DNA from: Octopus sinensis
Lineage: Eukaryota
NCBI RefSeq assembly: GCF_006345805.1
Contig: NC_042997.1
Location: 49,104,001 to 49,168,000 of the forward strand
Length of the DNA stretch: 64,000 nt
Reading direction: 5' to 3'
In this document: positions 1 through 12,898 of the stretch, piece after piece
Numbering within the stretch: position 1 is the first letter of the stretch
Layout of the letters: every line of letters starts with the position of its first letter
The notes under the pieces: generated by a model
The model's input: the letters and a program-made list of their open reading frames with translations, nothing else
The model's database searches: none
What the model was told of the DNA's origin: nothing
Program-made: the position numbers and the translations under genes

Positions 1-264
1 CAGAAACTGAAAGAAGTCTATCATCATCATCATCATCATCGTTTAACATCCGTTTTCCGTGCTAGCATGGGTTGGACGGTTCGACCAGGATCTGGGAAGC
101 CAGGTGGCTGCACGAGGCTCCAGTTTGATCTGGCAGTAAGCAGTATAACCCGGCTTTACCTGGGACTAAGTTAGGATTATTAAGCTAATCAAGTTCTTTA
201 TTTCATACCAAACTAAGTAATATCGACGTCGAATTTAGGCGAAATCCGTTGCTATTGGTTTATA

Positions 265-266
265 CA

Positions 267-319
<53 letters not shown>

Positions 320-359
320 TGTGTGTGTGTGTGTGTGTATATATAAGTATATATATATG

Positions 360-390
<31 letters not shown>

Positions 391-536
391 ATATAAGTAT
401 ATATATATGTATATATATATGTATATATATGTGTGTGTGTGTATATATATGTATATATATATAATGTGTATATATGTATATATATATATGTGTGTGTGTG
501 TGTGTATATATATGTATATATATATATGTGTGTATA

Positions 537-579
<43 letters not shown>

Positions 580-582
580 ATA

Positions 583-654
<72 letters not shown>

Positions 655-670
655 TATATTATATAATATA
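265..670. repeat. Compound (TA)/(TG) microsatellite
   Basis: Direct inspection. Confidence 0.97.
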
Positions 671-1392
671 AATAATATAACACATACGTACGAACATACA
701 CCTATTGCATGTATGTTTTTTGTACGCATACATGTTCATAAACAGAAATGAATGGAAAAAATGTTGGTAAATTTGTAGATTGACACTCACATGATTTTCA
801 CTAAGAAAAAAAATTGGATTTTTTGTGTGGAATCAACTACTCTGGCCTCCTAATATGCTACAAAAGCCCTTTTTGTGGTCTGAAAAAGGGGGTCAGGTGT
901 GGTGGAAGCCTCAGAAATTGTACCAAATTGTTACCTACCTCTTTGTTTCTTTGTAGTTAAATAAATGGATTCTCAACAAAACACTTTTTTCCTTGGCGTA
1001 AAATAAAAACAAAACTCTTTCGCGCCCAAAGTAATGTGTGTGTGAGATGGGGGAGAAACATGAACGATTTAAAATAAATATAGGATTTAAAATATATTTT
1101 AACTGTTTTGTGAGAAAGTATATATAATCTGATTAGGAAATATAGTGCCTTTCAAAAACATTCAAAATTTGAAGACTATATCTCGTGTTTAAGAAAACAA
1201 CAAAACATTTTACACTCTCTCACTTTGTCTTTACCTTTTTTTGTTAGATGCTGTCAAACACATTCTCTTTCTCTCCCTGACACACACACACATACATCAA
1301 CACACAACTCATATATATATACATACATAGATATATACATATATACATATACACACACAGACGCACACATAAATACAAAGCGTAACACACAC

Positions 1393-1592
1393 CTTGGAAG
1401 CTTCCCCAGCCATGTCTTGTGCTTCTTTTGCTTTATCAAGTGCTTCTTTAGCATCATCTTCAGCCCCTAGAAGAGCAGTCTGAGACTGAGCCGTTTTCGC
1501 TTCCGCTTGCCGAATCATTTTTTTGATGTCACCAACTTTAGTTAAAGACTTCTCTGCTTTCTTTTTATTGTCTGCCACATTTCTATCAAAGT
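1393..1592 (-). CDS. LAMC1: Laminin gamma exon, coiled coil
   Basis: DFDRNVADNKKKAEKSLTKVGDIKKMIRQAEAKTAQSQTALLGAEDDAKEALDKAKEAQDMAGEASK; gattgcag| and |gtgtgt. Confidence 0.9.
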
Positions 1593-1747
1593 CTGCAATC
1601 AAAGAAAGAAATAATATACTAATTCGTGGCGAAATGAAAATTCAGTTATACATCAACAGTGTGCAGAATGTGTGTGATGGATATGTGTTTATGTATATTT
1701 ATGTGAGGTAAGAAACTGATATGAAAATATCATATATATATATATAT

Positions 1748-2147
1748 AGGCACAGGAGTGGCTGTGTGGTAAGTAGCTTGCTTACCAACCACATGGTTCT
1801 GGGTTCAGTCCCACTGTGTGGCACCTTCGGCAAGTGTCTTCTACTATAGCCTCGGGCCAACCAAAGTCTTGTGGGTGGATTTGGTAGACGGAAACTGAAA
1901 GAAGCCTGTCATGTATATATATATGTGTGTGTGTGTATGTTTGTGTGTCTGTGTTTGTCCCCCTAGCATTGCTTGACAACCGATGCTGGTGTGTTTATGT
2001 CCCCGTCACTTAGCGGTTCGGCAAAAGAGACCGATAGAATAAGTACTGGGCTTACAAAGAATAAGTCCCGGGTTCGATTTGCTCGACTAAAGGCGGTGCT
2101 CCAGCATGGCCACAGTCAAATGACTGAAACAAGTAAAAGAGTAAAAG
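1748..2147 (+). mobile_element. tRNA-derived SINE family A. Other copies: 10800-11203 (-), 24178-24590 (-), 29317-29730 (+), 36252-36668 (+), 44523-44959 (+); partial copies 6920-7039, 12645-12898, 26690-26843, 39305-39545, 46139-46327
   Basis: A box TGGCTGTGTGG, B box GGTTCAGTCCC, CORE-like GGGCAAGTGTCTT, internal (TA)/(TG) tract, (AGTAAAAG)n tail; copies are highly similar. Confidence 0.88.
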
Positions 2148-2232
2148 GATAAGATTGATATTTAAATATCGAACTTATCAAGGGGCCAGCATGGGAATAA
2201 AAACCTTCAAAGGTAATGATAATTATTATTAA

Positions 2233-2423
2233 AATTATAATTTAGGGTATCTAAGAGATACCACTACGCTTGAAATAACAGCCAAAACTTGACTCTAAAG
2301 CCACATTAAAATTTCATACAGTTCTCTCCTGGTGCTGTATGAATTTTTAATGTGGCTTTAGAGTCAAGTTTTGGCTGCTATTTCAAATGTGGAGGTATCT
2401 CTTAGATACCCTAAATTATAATT
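2233..2423. repeat. Near-perfect palindrome, ~88-bp arms, 13-nt loop
   Basis: AATTATAATTTAGGGTATCTAAGAGATACC...TTCATACAG / CTGTATGAA...GGTATCTCTTAGATACCCTAAATTATAATT. Confidence 0.85.
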
Positions 2424-2943
2424 ATATATATATATATATTTAAAATGACAAAAGTTGCCTATGGGCCACAAACCCACATATGCTGTAAACATGACAGAAG
2501 TCTTACAAGCAACAATTGTTTCCATCAAAAGGGTTTTTAACCAAACATTTACATGCTTTATCAACAGCCTTATCTGCTTCAAGCTCTACAGTTAATTTTA
2601 TATATATATATATTTATATATTTGTGGCTGTGTGGTAAGAAGGTTGCTTCCCAACAACAGGGTTCTGGGTTTGGTCCCATTATGTAGCACCTTGGCCAAG
2701 TGTCTTCTACTATAACCTCGGGGTCAACCAAAGCCTTGTGAGTGGATTTGGTAGACAGAAACTGAGAGAAGTCCATCATGTGCCATGCAGTGGGGCTGAA
2801 ATTTGACTGGGTAGATGAGAAATGTAAGTAAATTTTAACATTTTTTGAAGAGTACCATATTATCATTTTTTCTTATTTTGCTTCACATTTTAAAGAAATT
2901 AAGACAAAAATTGAAATCAAGAAAGAAGAAAATAAGCACCTAC

Positions 2944-3058
2944 CCTTGAGAGTTTTCAGGGTTTCTTGAGCTTCTTTTAGAATAGCTTCACCTTTTTCTA
3001 CAGCTTCCTTAGCTTTTGAATTAGCCTTGAAAATGTCTGACATCAACTTATCTGTTTC
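2944..3058 (-). CDS. LAMC1: Laminin gamma exon, coiled coil (not in ORF track)
   Basis: ETDKLMSDIFKANSKAKEAVEKGEAILKEAQETLKTLK; ctgtag| and |gtaggt; phase 0 to 1. Confidence 0.9.
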
Positions 3059-3148
3059 CTACAGTGATGGAGTAGAAATAAAGATTGTAAATTAGAACAG
3101 TGGTTATGTTGACAGTAATGAAATGATGTGTGTGTGTGTGTGTGTGTA

Positions 3149-4080
3149 CATCATCATCATCATTGTTCGAACGTGGTCGAGACAATGGAATTTACTATAT
3201 TACGCCAGACTTCACGGTCCATCATAGCATTACGGAGGTCCTGTTGCTGGATGCCTGTATCCCTGGAGATTACATCAGGGTACGAGAGTGTGCGCCCTCT
3301 GGTATTGCGAGTAGATGGCTTCCAGAGGAGAAGAGTAGAAATGACTTCTTTTTCAGTTCTACAACAATGTCAGGCAAACTGGACTCTCCTACCTTTCACA
3401 AGAGATGACACAGGTGGTAGTTTCCCATATATTTGCATTTTGGTTGGATGGCGCCTCCACGAGAGATTTTGAGCTCTCATAAGGAGGCGAGTGTAGGTTC
3501 CATCCAACTGCCTCTCAAGCTTCTTTGATAACGTCCAGGTTTCTGAGCCATATAGTAGAATTGGTTCGACTGTTGCTTTGAATATTTCAAGTTTGAAGTC
3601 TCTACTTAGATTTGATGACCAGATGTTATGCATGTCATTACAGGCTGACCAGGCCATACCCTTTCTAGTTAGAAAGTCTTTTCCAGATGATGATATGTAT
3701 GGCGCAAGATATTTGTAATTAGAAACCATATTTAAAGGTGCACTGAGGAGAGTATGGATGATGCAATCACTGTTGGACAGGCACTTGTTTATGTATTCAG
3801 TTTTGACCTCATGGAGGTAAAGACCTACACAATTTGAGGCTTGTTCAAGAGATTGTAAAAGAGACTGGGCATTGGAGAGAGAATCACTGATAAAAGCGAT
3901 GTTGTCAGCAAAGTCAGTGTCTGTCAAGTACTCAGCTGGGTGTCTGGAACTTCTTCTTGGTTTTATTTCAAAGCCCTTGCCAGAGATGGTATCAACTGAC
4001 ATATGTAGCACATAATCAACAACAATGATGAAAAGAAATGGGGCGAGTGTGTCTCCCTGCAGTATTCCGGCTTTGATTGT
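3149..4080 (-). mobile_element. 5'-truncated non-LTR retrotransposon (RTE-related), RT C-terminal half
   Basis: GILQGDTLAPFLFIIVVDYVL, DTDFADNIA, LLYGSETWTL; frame resumes after one TGA and ends directly in a (GAT)n tail. Confidence 0.88.
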
Positions 4081-4574
4081 GTGTATATACATACATGTGC
4101 ATGTGTGAATTTGTCTATATATAAATGTATACATGTATGATTGGATGCTGAAAAGTTCCTGGCTTCAAGGGTATTGCTAAAGCCCTTGTTGGAGGTCCAA
4201 CCGTCCGAGTTCTGAAGGACCACTGCAACAAGTGTATGATTCTGAGAGAGGAATATGGTGAACAGAATCATAATTAACTGATCCTCCTGTATTTTCTTCT
4301 ACCCAAAGCCAGGAACTCTTCAGCCCCCTGTCATATGTTTGTGCCTGTATATAAATGTACATATAAAAAGTACAAGCATGGCTGTGTGGTAAGTGGTTTG
4401 CTTTCCAATCACACAGTTTCAGGTTCAGTCCCACAACACAGTATATTGGGGAACTATCTTCTACTATAGCCCCAGACCAACCAAAATCTTGGGGGTGAAT
4501 CTGGTAGATAGAAACTGAGATAAGCCCATTGCACGTGTGGGTGTACATATGTGTATGTGTGTACATATCTATAT

Positions 4575-4809
4575 ATAACGTGACAGTCTCGTAGAGGGAA
4601 TTGCACCACCGCTATATAGCCCTAGGAATCATCGTCGCTTCCTGTCAGCTTTGACACATTTCCTGTTGCTAGTCCTAGCTGGTGGGGGTGCTTGCCTCCC
4701 CTTTGCAAATATAAGGACACAGGAAATGTGTCAAAGCTGACAGGAAGCATCGATGATTCCTAGGGCTAAACAGCGGTGGTGTAATTCCCATACGGGACTG
4801 TCACGTTAT
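4575..4809. mobile_element. MITE with ~90-bp imperfect TIRs
   Basis: ATAACGTGACAGTC...TTTCCTGT mirrored by ACAGGAAA...GACTGTCACGTTAT. Confidence 0.75.
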
Positions 4810-4880
4810 GTTGACTTTATACAACCATTATATCGCTCCACCGCTGCTCATGTCTTGTTGAGACATTTAGAAATTCAATA

Positions 4881-4912
<32 letters not shown>

Positions 4913-4944
4913 GTTGATATGTACACACATATCTCGATGTGGAT

Positions 4945-5675
4945 AGCTGTGTAAAAAAGTGCCACACCCTAGCAGTTGAGGGAACCTGTGGAAGAGGTAG
5001 ACCCAAGAAGACCTGGGATGAGGTGGTGAAGCAATGACTAGTGACCGGGACCTTTGGAAATATGCTGTGCTTGAGAAGACTCGGCAAGCTCAAGTGAGAC
5101 CATAAACCTTGTGGTCTATGTCAGGGGTGTAACCAGCCCACTTATGTGTACCTTTCCCTCATTGGACACTAAACTCTGCTTGCGAAGACCTGTTGAGGCA
5201 AGTGAAATTGAAATCAAGTTTGATGACTGGCATCCGTGCTAGTGGAGCGCAAAGAGTACCATACAAGCGTGATCATTGCCAGAGCAACAAGCTGGCCTCC
5301 GTGCCGATGGCACATAGAAAAGCACCATTCGAGCGTGATCGTTACCAGTCGCCTTACTGGCACTTACTGGCACGTGAAAAAACATTCGAATGAGGTCGTT
5401 GCCACTGCCGCTGGACTGGCTCCTGTGCAGGTGGCACATAAAAAACACCATTTGAGCGAGGTCGTCGCCAGTACCGCCTGATTGGCCCTCGTGCCGGTGG
5501 CACGTAAAAGCACCCACTACAATCTCAGAGTGGTTGGCATTAGGAAGGGCATCCAGCCATAGAAACTCTGCCAGATCAGATTGGAATTTGGTGCAGCCAT
5601 CTGGTTCACCAGACCTCGGCCAAATCATCCAACCCATGCTAGCATGGAAAGCGGATGTTAAATGATGATGATGAT
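4945..5675 (+). mobile_element. 5'-truncated RTE copy (ORF C-terminus plus 3' UTR of a related subfamily)
   Basis: First ~100 bp match 55790-55870 (CACACCCTAGCAGTTGAGGGAACCTGTGGAAGAGGTAGACCC); about 60-bp UTR repeats; same (GAT)n tail. Confidence 0.85.
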
Positions 5676-5939
5676 ATATATATTTCCCCATACATATATT
5701 GGCAGATATGGTATAAACCCAATGAGAAGATGATAACTCTACCATCAAACAAAATGGTAAGAGTTGAGAGCGGAAGCCATTCATTGTAAAGACAGACTTT
5801 AGATGTGATGAAGAAGATAGAAGATTGGAGTAAAACGGTAAATGCTGACCAACACAGCCAGGCCAAGAGGGAGACAAAATGGTTTAGAACTAAAAAAAAA
5901 ATGACGATTATATTTTTAGAACAATTTTTAACAACTAAA

Positions 5940-6207
5940 TTAAATCATACCTGTTAAATCATACCTAAAATTAAATCATACCTGTTAAATCATACCTAAA
6001 ATTAAATCATACTTGTTAAATCATACCTAAAATTAAATCATACCTGTTAAATCATACCTAAAATTAAATCATACCTGTTAAATCATACCTAAAATTAAAT
6101 CATACCTAAAATTAAATCATACCTGTTAAATCATACCTAAAATTAAATCATACCTAAAATTAAATCATACCTAAAATTAAATCATACCTAAAATTAAATC
6201 ATACCTG
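5940..6207 (-). repeat. Tandem array of 14-nt and 17-nt units, each containing the exon/intron junction motif
   Basis: Plus strand TTAAATCATACCTG (7 units, one variant) and TTAAATCATACCTAAAA (10 units); the last unit is the real donor of exon 6205-6327. Confidence 0.95.
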
Positions 6208-6327
6208 TTGCTTGTTTAAAGCATCTTCATAGAGAAGATTTGCCTTCCTCTTCTCTTCATCAACATCATTCAACATGTCATTGTTTGCAGTCAATGTTTC
6301 TTGTAGAGACTTCTGAATTTCATTAGC
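6205..6327 (-). CDS. LAMC1: Laminin gamma exon, coiled coil (41 codons, not in ORF track)
   Basis: ANEIQKSLQETLTANNDMLNDVDEEKRKANLLYEDALNKQQ; gtctttag| and CAG|gtatga; phase 0 to 0. Confidence 0.88.
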
Positions 6328-6760
6328 CTAAAGACAATACAATAAATATGATTTTTATGTGAGCCTAAATTGAAAATAGTTCATGAAATGAGGTTGTAAT
6401 AATTTGAAGTTGTATGCACTCTCAGACAGGTGCTTAAATATGTGTGTGTGTGTGCATGCTCGTGTGTTTGTTTGTTACAGGTAAAGGGAAACAAAATTAT
6501 GTATGTAAACCAAAGTTTTTCTCAAAAATATGAGACAAGCATTTGAACAAAGTTTTTTGCTTGGACAAGCAACTCAATTAATCTAACAATTGACAAACAT
6601 TTGACTCAAATGTTTTCTAATACAAGAGTGTACTGGTGATATTCACACTGCATTCAACTCCATCCTCATCTCAAATCATCTATCACACTCACTTCATTCT
6701 GGCACACTTTCCTACCCACTCATATTTTTTCTTCTGTCCCATTAACTTCACATATTTACT

Positions 6761-6814
<54 letters not shown>

Positions 6815-8523
6815 TGGGAAACCCATGTATTCACCTCTTCCACAAGACACTTGCTCCTGTCCTATTATATTTTTATATTCCTCAATGCTATACTTCACTC
6901 TGCTGAGGGTGCTTGCCATATTGGTCGGCCCAAGGCTATAGTAGAAGACACTTGCCCAAGGTGCCACACAGTGAGACTGAACCCGGAACCATGTGGTTGG
7001 TAAGCAAGCTACTTACCACACAGCCACTCCTGCACCTTAAATTTATTATAAACACTAAGTCCTACATATTAAGTTAAAAGATTTTAGTTAACAGAATATA
7101 TTTAATAAGATATTTTGTGTATTTGCTTTAAGATATATTGTTGGATTTTTGTTCGATTTTTTTTATCAAAAAATTATGTATTTTTATATATATTTATACT
7201 TTCTTATTAGATAATATATGTACATTTATATAATTATGTTATTGTTTTTATCTCGGACCTGATGGGTGACTATATTTAAATTGAATTGATTTTACAGTTA
7301 TCAGTTTGAAAATATAGCCACAAAACACGTGTAGTCTATTTACTAATTATATACTATTTATTTATTGTTTCGTACTTAATTTAGTTCAAGGTAAATGTTT
7401 TATCCTATCTTTGATTTTTTTCTTTATTGTATGATTTAAGTATATCATTATTGAATTGCTACATGGTGGTTCTTCTTTGATGTGTGTGTATGTATATATA
7501 TATATATATATAGTAAGGAAATGCAAACCATTAGGCAAGACAAATGTCCTTGTCATACCTTGCTTGTTTTTCTTCACTACTTTAACCTATAACTACTGAC
7601 TCAAAGGGAAGCCACCTTTAGCTGCTTTGAACAAGACAATCACATAATCACAACTTCAGCAGCTGTTCAAACTGGAATTTTGGTGGCACACCCATTTGAG
7701 CACTCAAAATGCATTCCTACTATTTTGTGTCATCCTGACAAAAACTCTTCATATCCATTATATGTGTGTGTGTGTGGGATGTTCTCTTTTACTGGTATCA
7801 GTCTGTGGCCATGCTAGAGTATTGCCTTCAAGGTTGTAATCAAACAAATTGACCCCAACATTTACTTTTTTAAAGTCTGATGTCTATTTTAAAGATTTCT
7901 TCTTATTTGTCAAACTGCTAAAGTTACAGGGATGTAAGTAAACCAACAACAGTTGTCAAGAGGTGAGAGATAAACACACACACATATATATGTATACAAA
8001 CACATGACACATACATGTATACATACAAACACATATATATGTATACATACAAGCACATGCACACACACATATATATGTATACAAACACATGTACACATAC
8101 ATATATACATACAAACACACATATATATATTTCTTTACTGCCAAGAAGGGGCTAAACATAGAGGGGACAAACAAGGACAAACAAAGGAATTAAGTCGATT
8201 ACATCAACCCCAGTGCGAAACTGGTACTTTATTTATCGACCCCGAAAGGATGAAAGGCAAAGTCGATCTCGGCGGAATTTGAACTCGGAACGTAACAACA
8301 GACGAAATACGGCTACGCATTTCGCCCGGCGTGCTAACGTCTCTGCCAGCTCGCCACCTTATATGTATACACATATATATGTATACATACAAGCACATGC
8401 ACACACACACACACATATATGTATACATACAAACACACACAGTGAACTGACTGCTGCTGTCACAAACACTAATTTCTACATATATCAATGATCGATCATC
8501 GTTGATTTTAACAAAATAATTAC

Positions 8524-8701
8524 CTCTTGCTTGATTTTTTCAGCCTCCGTAACTAAGTGATCCACATTGACGTTAGAAATGTTAAATCGAGCAATTTTTG
8601 TATTTATTTCCAAAGCTTTGTTTAATGCGTCTTCGGCCTTCATTTTGGCATTTTTGGATAAGATCTCCGTCTGATGCATCAGATTTTTGTTATTTTCATT
8701 C
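8524..8701 (-). CDS. LAMC1: Laminin gamma exon, coiled coil
   Basis: NENNKNLMHQTEILSKNAKMKAEDALNKALEINTKIARFNISNVNVDHLVTEAEKIKQE; ttcag| and |gtaatt; phase 2 to 0. Confidence 0.9.
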
Positions 8702-10080
8702 CTGAATTTAAAAATAAATTTGGTAAAAAAAAGTTACATTTTTACTAGCTTTTATTTATGTTTATTTGTACAAACAAAAATTTGTTTACTAGGAAAGTTG
8801 GTCTTTCTGATATAACTGATACATTTATTTTACAGTAGAATGCTCTTTTTAAAACTAAACTACTCATCATTTTACAATATCTTTCTGCATGACAAATAAG
8901 TACTATTGTCAGTTAATGGACTGCTGACTGCAACCAAACAACATTTACCAATATATGAAAAATGAAATTCTGTAGATTACACAACTATCTACTATTTAGT
9001 TGTCAAACAAAATAAAACAGCAAAACAAAGGTAAGATTATATTTTACCATTGTCAGGTGGGCTGTAGGATTAGTATATAGATATGGTGGTATAATGGTTC
9101 AAAGTAGAGAAGAGATCTACTATAACTTCTCCAAGGTAGAACACTAGTTCGTGTTGCATATAATATTACAAAAGATCAAACTAAATCTTGAATAATCTGA
9201 TGTTCTGTTGAAAGACATACCTTAAAACACCTGAGATAAATTAAAACTTTATATCCACTTGGAATTAATAGAACTAAACTTTAGTCCTTCCTACCTGAGG
9301 GAAGAAAAACTTGGCAATCTTGACTTAACATTTTGGTATTTAAACCAGCCAAATCCAGCCCAAATATTTTACCAGTTTTATGTAAAAACCAGCCAGATAT
9401 GGCCTCTCACACCAATTTTACAATGTCATTATAAAAATAATCAATTACATCACTGAAATCTAAAAGCTACAAGAAAATACATGATAAATTCAAAGGAATG
9501 TAAATAAGCATTAATTACATTTGGTAGAGTAATCTGAATGTTAAATCTGAATCTTAATCTGAATGTTAAATCTGAATCTTAATCTGAATGTTAATCTATC
9601 ACCTCATTGAACATCCCACCTGGTCCAATGAGTGCCTTTCAATGAGTTCATTGGTTATGAGCATCCGAGCCAGGTTTTCAATTTGAGAAGAATTTCTGTA
9701 TTACCAGTGACAGAGACATTAGAAAGGATTATCTGTATCGCCTTTACTCCTCTGAATTAACAAAATCTCTATCATCATATTTTCCAGCATTCTAGTCAGC
9801 ATAGAACATTTAGTGTAAACATTTAAACATGGTCACTATCTTTTCAAATCCAGCTGCATTTCCCATGGAGTTTTTGGTCGTCCAAAGTAGTCTTGGTGTA
9901 AACTGGATGTAAATTTTGGCCTGAAAATCTCAACTTGTATGTTGGGAAAACTCAACTAAAATGTTTTCTTTATCTTCTAGTACAAATATGTTTGTTTTTG
10001 CTTTTTCCTTCCTCAGCAAAAGTTTAACATTTTATCCTTGGTTTCATGGCAATGAATACCAGGATTCTTAACTAACATAC

Positions 10081-10303
10081 ACAGGGTGGGGTACTGAAAA
10101 GTTCTTGGTTTTAAGGGTATCACAAAAGGTCTTGTTGGAGGCCCAACCTTCTGAGTTCTTTTACAGGGGTTAGAAAAACTGAACGACCATTGCAATAAGT
10201 GTAGGAATCTGAGAGGGGAAAATGTTGCATAAAACTATAATTAACCAATCCTCCTGATTTTTCTTTTTACCCAGAAGCCAGGAACTTTTCAGCACCCCCT
10301 TAT
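10081..10303. mobile_element. Mariner-derived MITE (other copies ~4134-4331 and 18083-18269)
   Basis: TIR-like ends GGGGTACTGAAAAGTTCTTGG / CCAGGAACTTTTCAGCACCCC; interior resembles a transposase C-terminus (..DRCNKC.NLRGE.VE*). Confidence 0.7.
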
Positions 10304-10523
10304 AAATACTTAATAATGTGTGAAAGAGCATGTGGTTCTCTGAGTAATCTGGAAGTAAGTAATATTTAAGTACCTGAAGAGTCTAAACATATTTACTCTA
10401 TGTTCCTTAAGTTAACTGACCAAAAATTAACTACATTTCTCATTCTTCTTATTTGTGAATGGGGCTGTTATTGTCAGCAAAAAGTACTATTTGCACATGG
10501 TAATTCAAAATGCTGATACTCAC

Positions 10524-10661
10524 ATGGAATTAAGCCTACTGATTTCATTGGCCAATCTCTCAGGGAATCGATACAGATCCTTCGTAGTTTGAAGAGCATC
10601 TCTTGAAATATTCAAAGCTTCATTTGCATTTTCCTCTGTTTCTTTGGCATCACTCATCTGT
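10524..10661 (-). CDS. LAMC1: Laminin gamma exon, coiled coil
   Basis: QMSDAKETEENANEALNISRDALQTTKDLYRFPERLANEISRLNS; ttttcag| and |gtgagt; phase 2 to 2. Confidence 0.9.
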
Positions 10662-11321
10662 CTGAAAAGTAACACAAAAAAAAAGATAAATACATACATA
10701 TATAGTTCAGCATCACTCAACATCAAAATAATCACTTTAAGATTCTTTATTCCAGATAAGTCAGATGAATATTCTTGATATTCTTTTTTTTTTCCTTTTT
10801 TCTTTTACTTGTTTCAGTTATTTGACTGCGGCCATGCTGGAGCACTGCTTTTAATCGAGCAACTCAACCCCAGGACTTATTCTTTTGTAAGCCCAGTACT
10901 TATTCTATCGGTCTCTTTTGCCAAACCGCTAAGTGACGGGGTCGTAAACACACCAGCATCGGTTGTCAAGCAATGCTAGGGGGACAAACACAGACACAAA
11001 CACACACACACACACACATACATATATATACATATATACGACGGGCTTCTTTCAGTTTCCATCTACCAAATCCACTCACAAGGCTTTGGTCGGCCCGAGG
11101 CTGTAGTAGAAGACACTTGCTCAAGGTGCCCCACAGTGGGACTGAACCCGGAACCATGTGGTTGGTAAACAAGCTACTTACCACACAGCCACTCCTACGC
11201 CTTGGAAATAATATATTTCCAATACAGCAACACGCTAAATACACTTCATTTCCTGATTACTTACTTATCAACCAGAATTACACAACTTAGTAAATTATTA
11301 AGTCAGTTTCATTTTACTTAC

Positions 11322-11631
11322 TGTTTAGCAGTTAGCATGGCTCTGGCTGCAATACTTTTCATTTTGTCAGAGCGGGTTCCAAACTTCGTGGTGGCAAGCT
11401 GAGCTTGTTTCAGTGCCGTTTGGCCTTCATTGTCGATGTAATCAGAAGCTCTGGCTATCTCTCTCTCAGCCCGTCTTATAGCATCTTGTGCTTCTGTAAT
11501 GAAGTCTTGTGTGCGACGAATATCTTTGTCAGCAGCTTCCACACTACCAGCTATCATACCACATTTGTCCATGATGTCCGAAATGGCGTTCTTTAAATCG
11601 TCCAACTGCTTACCAAAAGTACTATTTGTTC
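11322..11631 (-). CDS. LAMC1: Laminin gamma exon, coiled coil
   Basis: TNSTFGKQLDDLKNAISDIMDKC...KMKSIAARAMLTAK; ttttcccag| and |gtaagt; phase 1 to 2. Confidence 0.9.
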
Positions 11632-12898
11632 CTGGGAAAACAGAAAAATATATAAATATATGAGGATGCATGGCTTAGTGGTTAGGGTGTTGCACTCATG
11701 ATCTAGTGAGTATGGTTTCAATTCCTAGACTGGGATTGTGCATTGTGTTCTTAAGCAAAACACTTCATCTCATGTTGCTCTGTGATCACTTCGACACCCA
11801 ACTCGTGGTGCACAGTGCACCTGTTCACACATCATCAATTTGATGGAGGGAGTGAGTTAATGTACAACGCATACATTTGATTACTATAAACAAATCATTT
11901 GTGCAGGTCGTTCAGCAAAAACCAAACATTCATGCATTGCGTTCGACAGGTGAGTCTATCAAATATACATATGAAATAATCATCATTATTTTAAAAACTA
12001 TTTTTCCATGCCTGCATGAGTCAGATAAGTCGGCATTGTCACTGAGTTTTCTATGCCCAGATGCTCTTCCTAACACCAACTACTGCCTGTTTCTGAACAA
12101 AGTAATAATCCTCCAGTCTATGGAACAACAAACAACCCAATCATGGTTACTTGGAAAACTGCAAACAAACATCATTAGTTAAATGAACCTTTTGTTTACA
12201 AAGCTCATACAACATGTTAAGGATATGTCAAGACATGTCAAAAAGCCCAAACAAGCTTTTGCAGTGGACTGTAAACAAATACTGCTGTTTGTTTGTGAAA
12301 TCATTGTTTACAACCAGAGCACACTCACATTGACAATGTACGTGTGAGAGAGAGCTTCTTTCAGTTTCTTTCCATCAAATCTATTCACATGGCTTTAGTT
12401 GGTCAGAGGCTTCACTAGAAGACACTTTCTCTAAATATAGGTTTCAAATTTTGGCACAAGGCCAGCAATTTCATTAGAGGAAGTAAGTCAATTACATCAA
12501 CCCAATGTTTAACTGGTACTTATTTTACTGACCCCTAAAATGGAAATTGAACTCAGAACATAAAGACAGATGAAATGTCGCTAAGCATTTTACCCAGCAT
12601 CCCAATGATTCTGCCAACTCACCACCTTACTTGCTCTCTTTCTCTTTTATCTCTTTTACTTGTTTCAGTCATTTGACTGCGGCCATGCTGGAGCACCGCC
12701 TTTAGTCGAGCAAATCGACCCCAGGACTTATTCTTTGGAAACCCAGTACTTATTCTATCGGTCTCATTTGCCGAACCGCTAAGCTACGGGGGCGTAAACA
12801 TACCAGCATCGGTTGTCAAGCGATGTTGGGGGAACAAACACAAACACACACACACACACATACACATATATACGATGGGCTTCTTTCAGTTTCCATCA

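Noticed and set aside
235-751. Long I/Y/H/T/C/V-rich ORFs here and at 20633-21325 and similar tracts
   Set aside because: These are translations of (TA)/(TG)/(CA) microsatellites, not genes.
5940-6207. CRISPR-like array (also considered for 55977-57440)
   Set aside because: No unique spacers, eukaryotic intron context and no cas genes.
9530-9596. 25-bp tandem repeat (TAATCTGAATGTTAAATCTGAATCT x ~2.5)
   Set aside because: Small slippage duplication at the end of a decayed piggyBac-type MITE; no sign of function.
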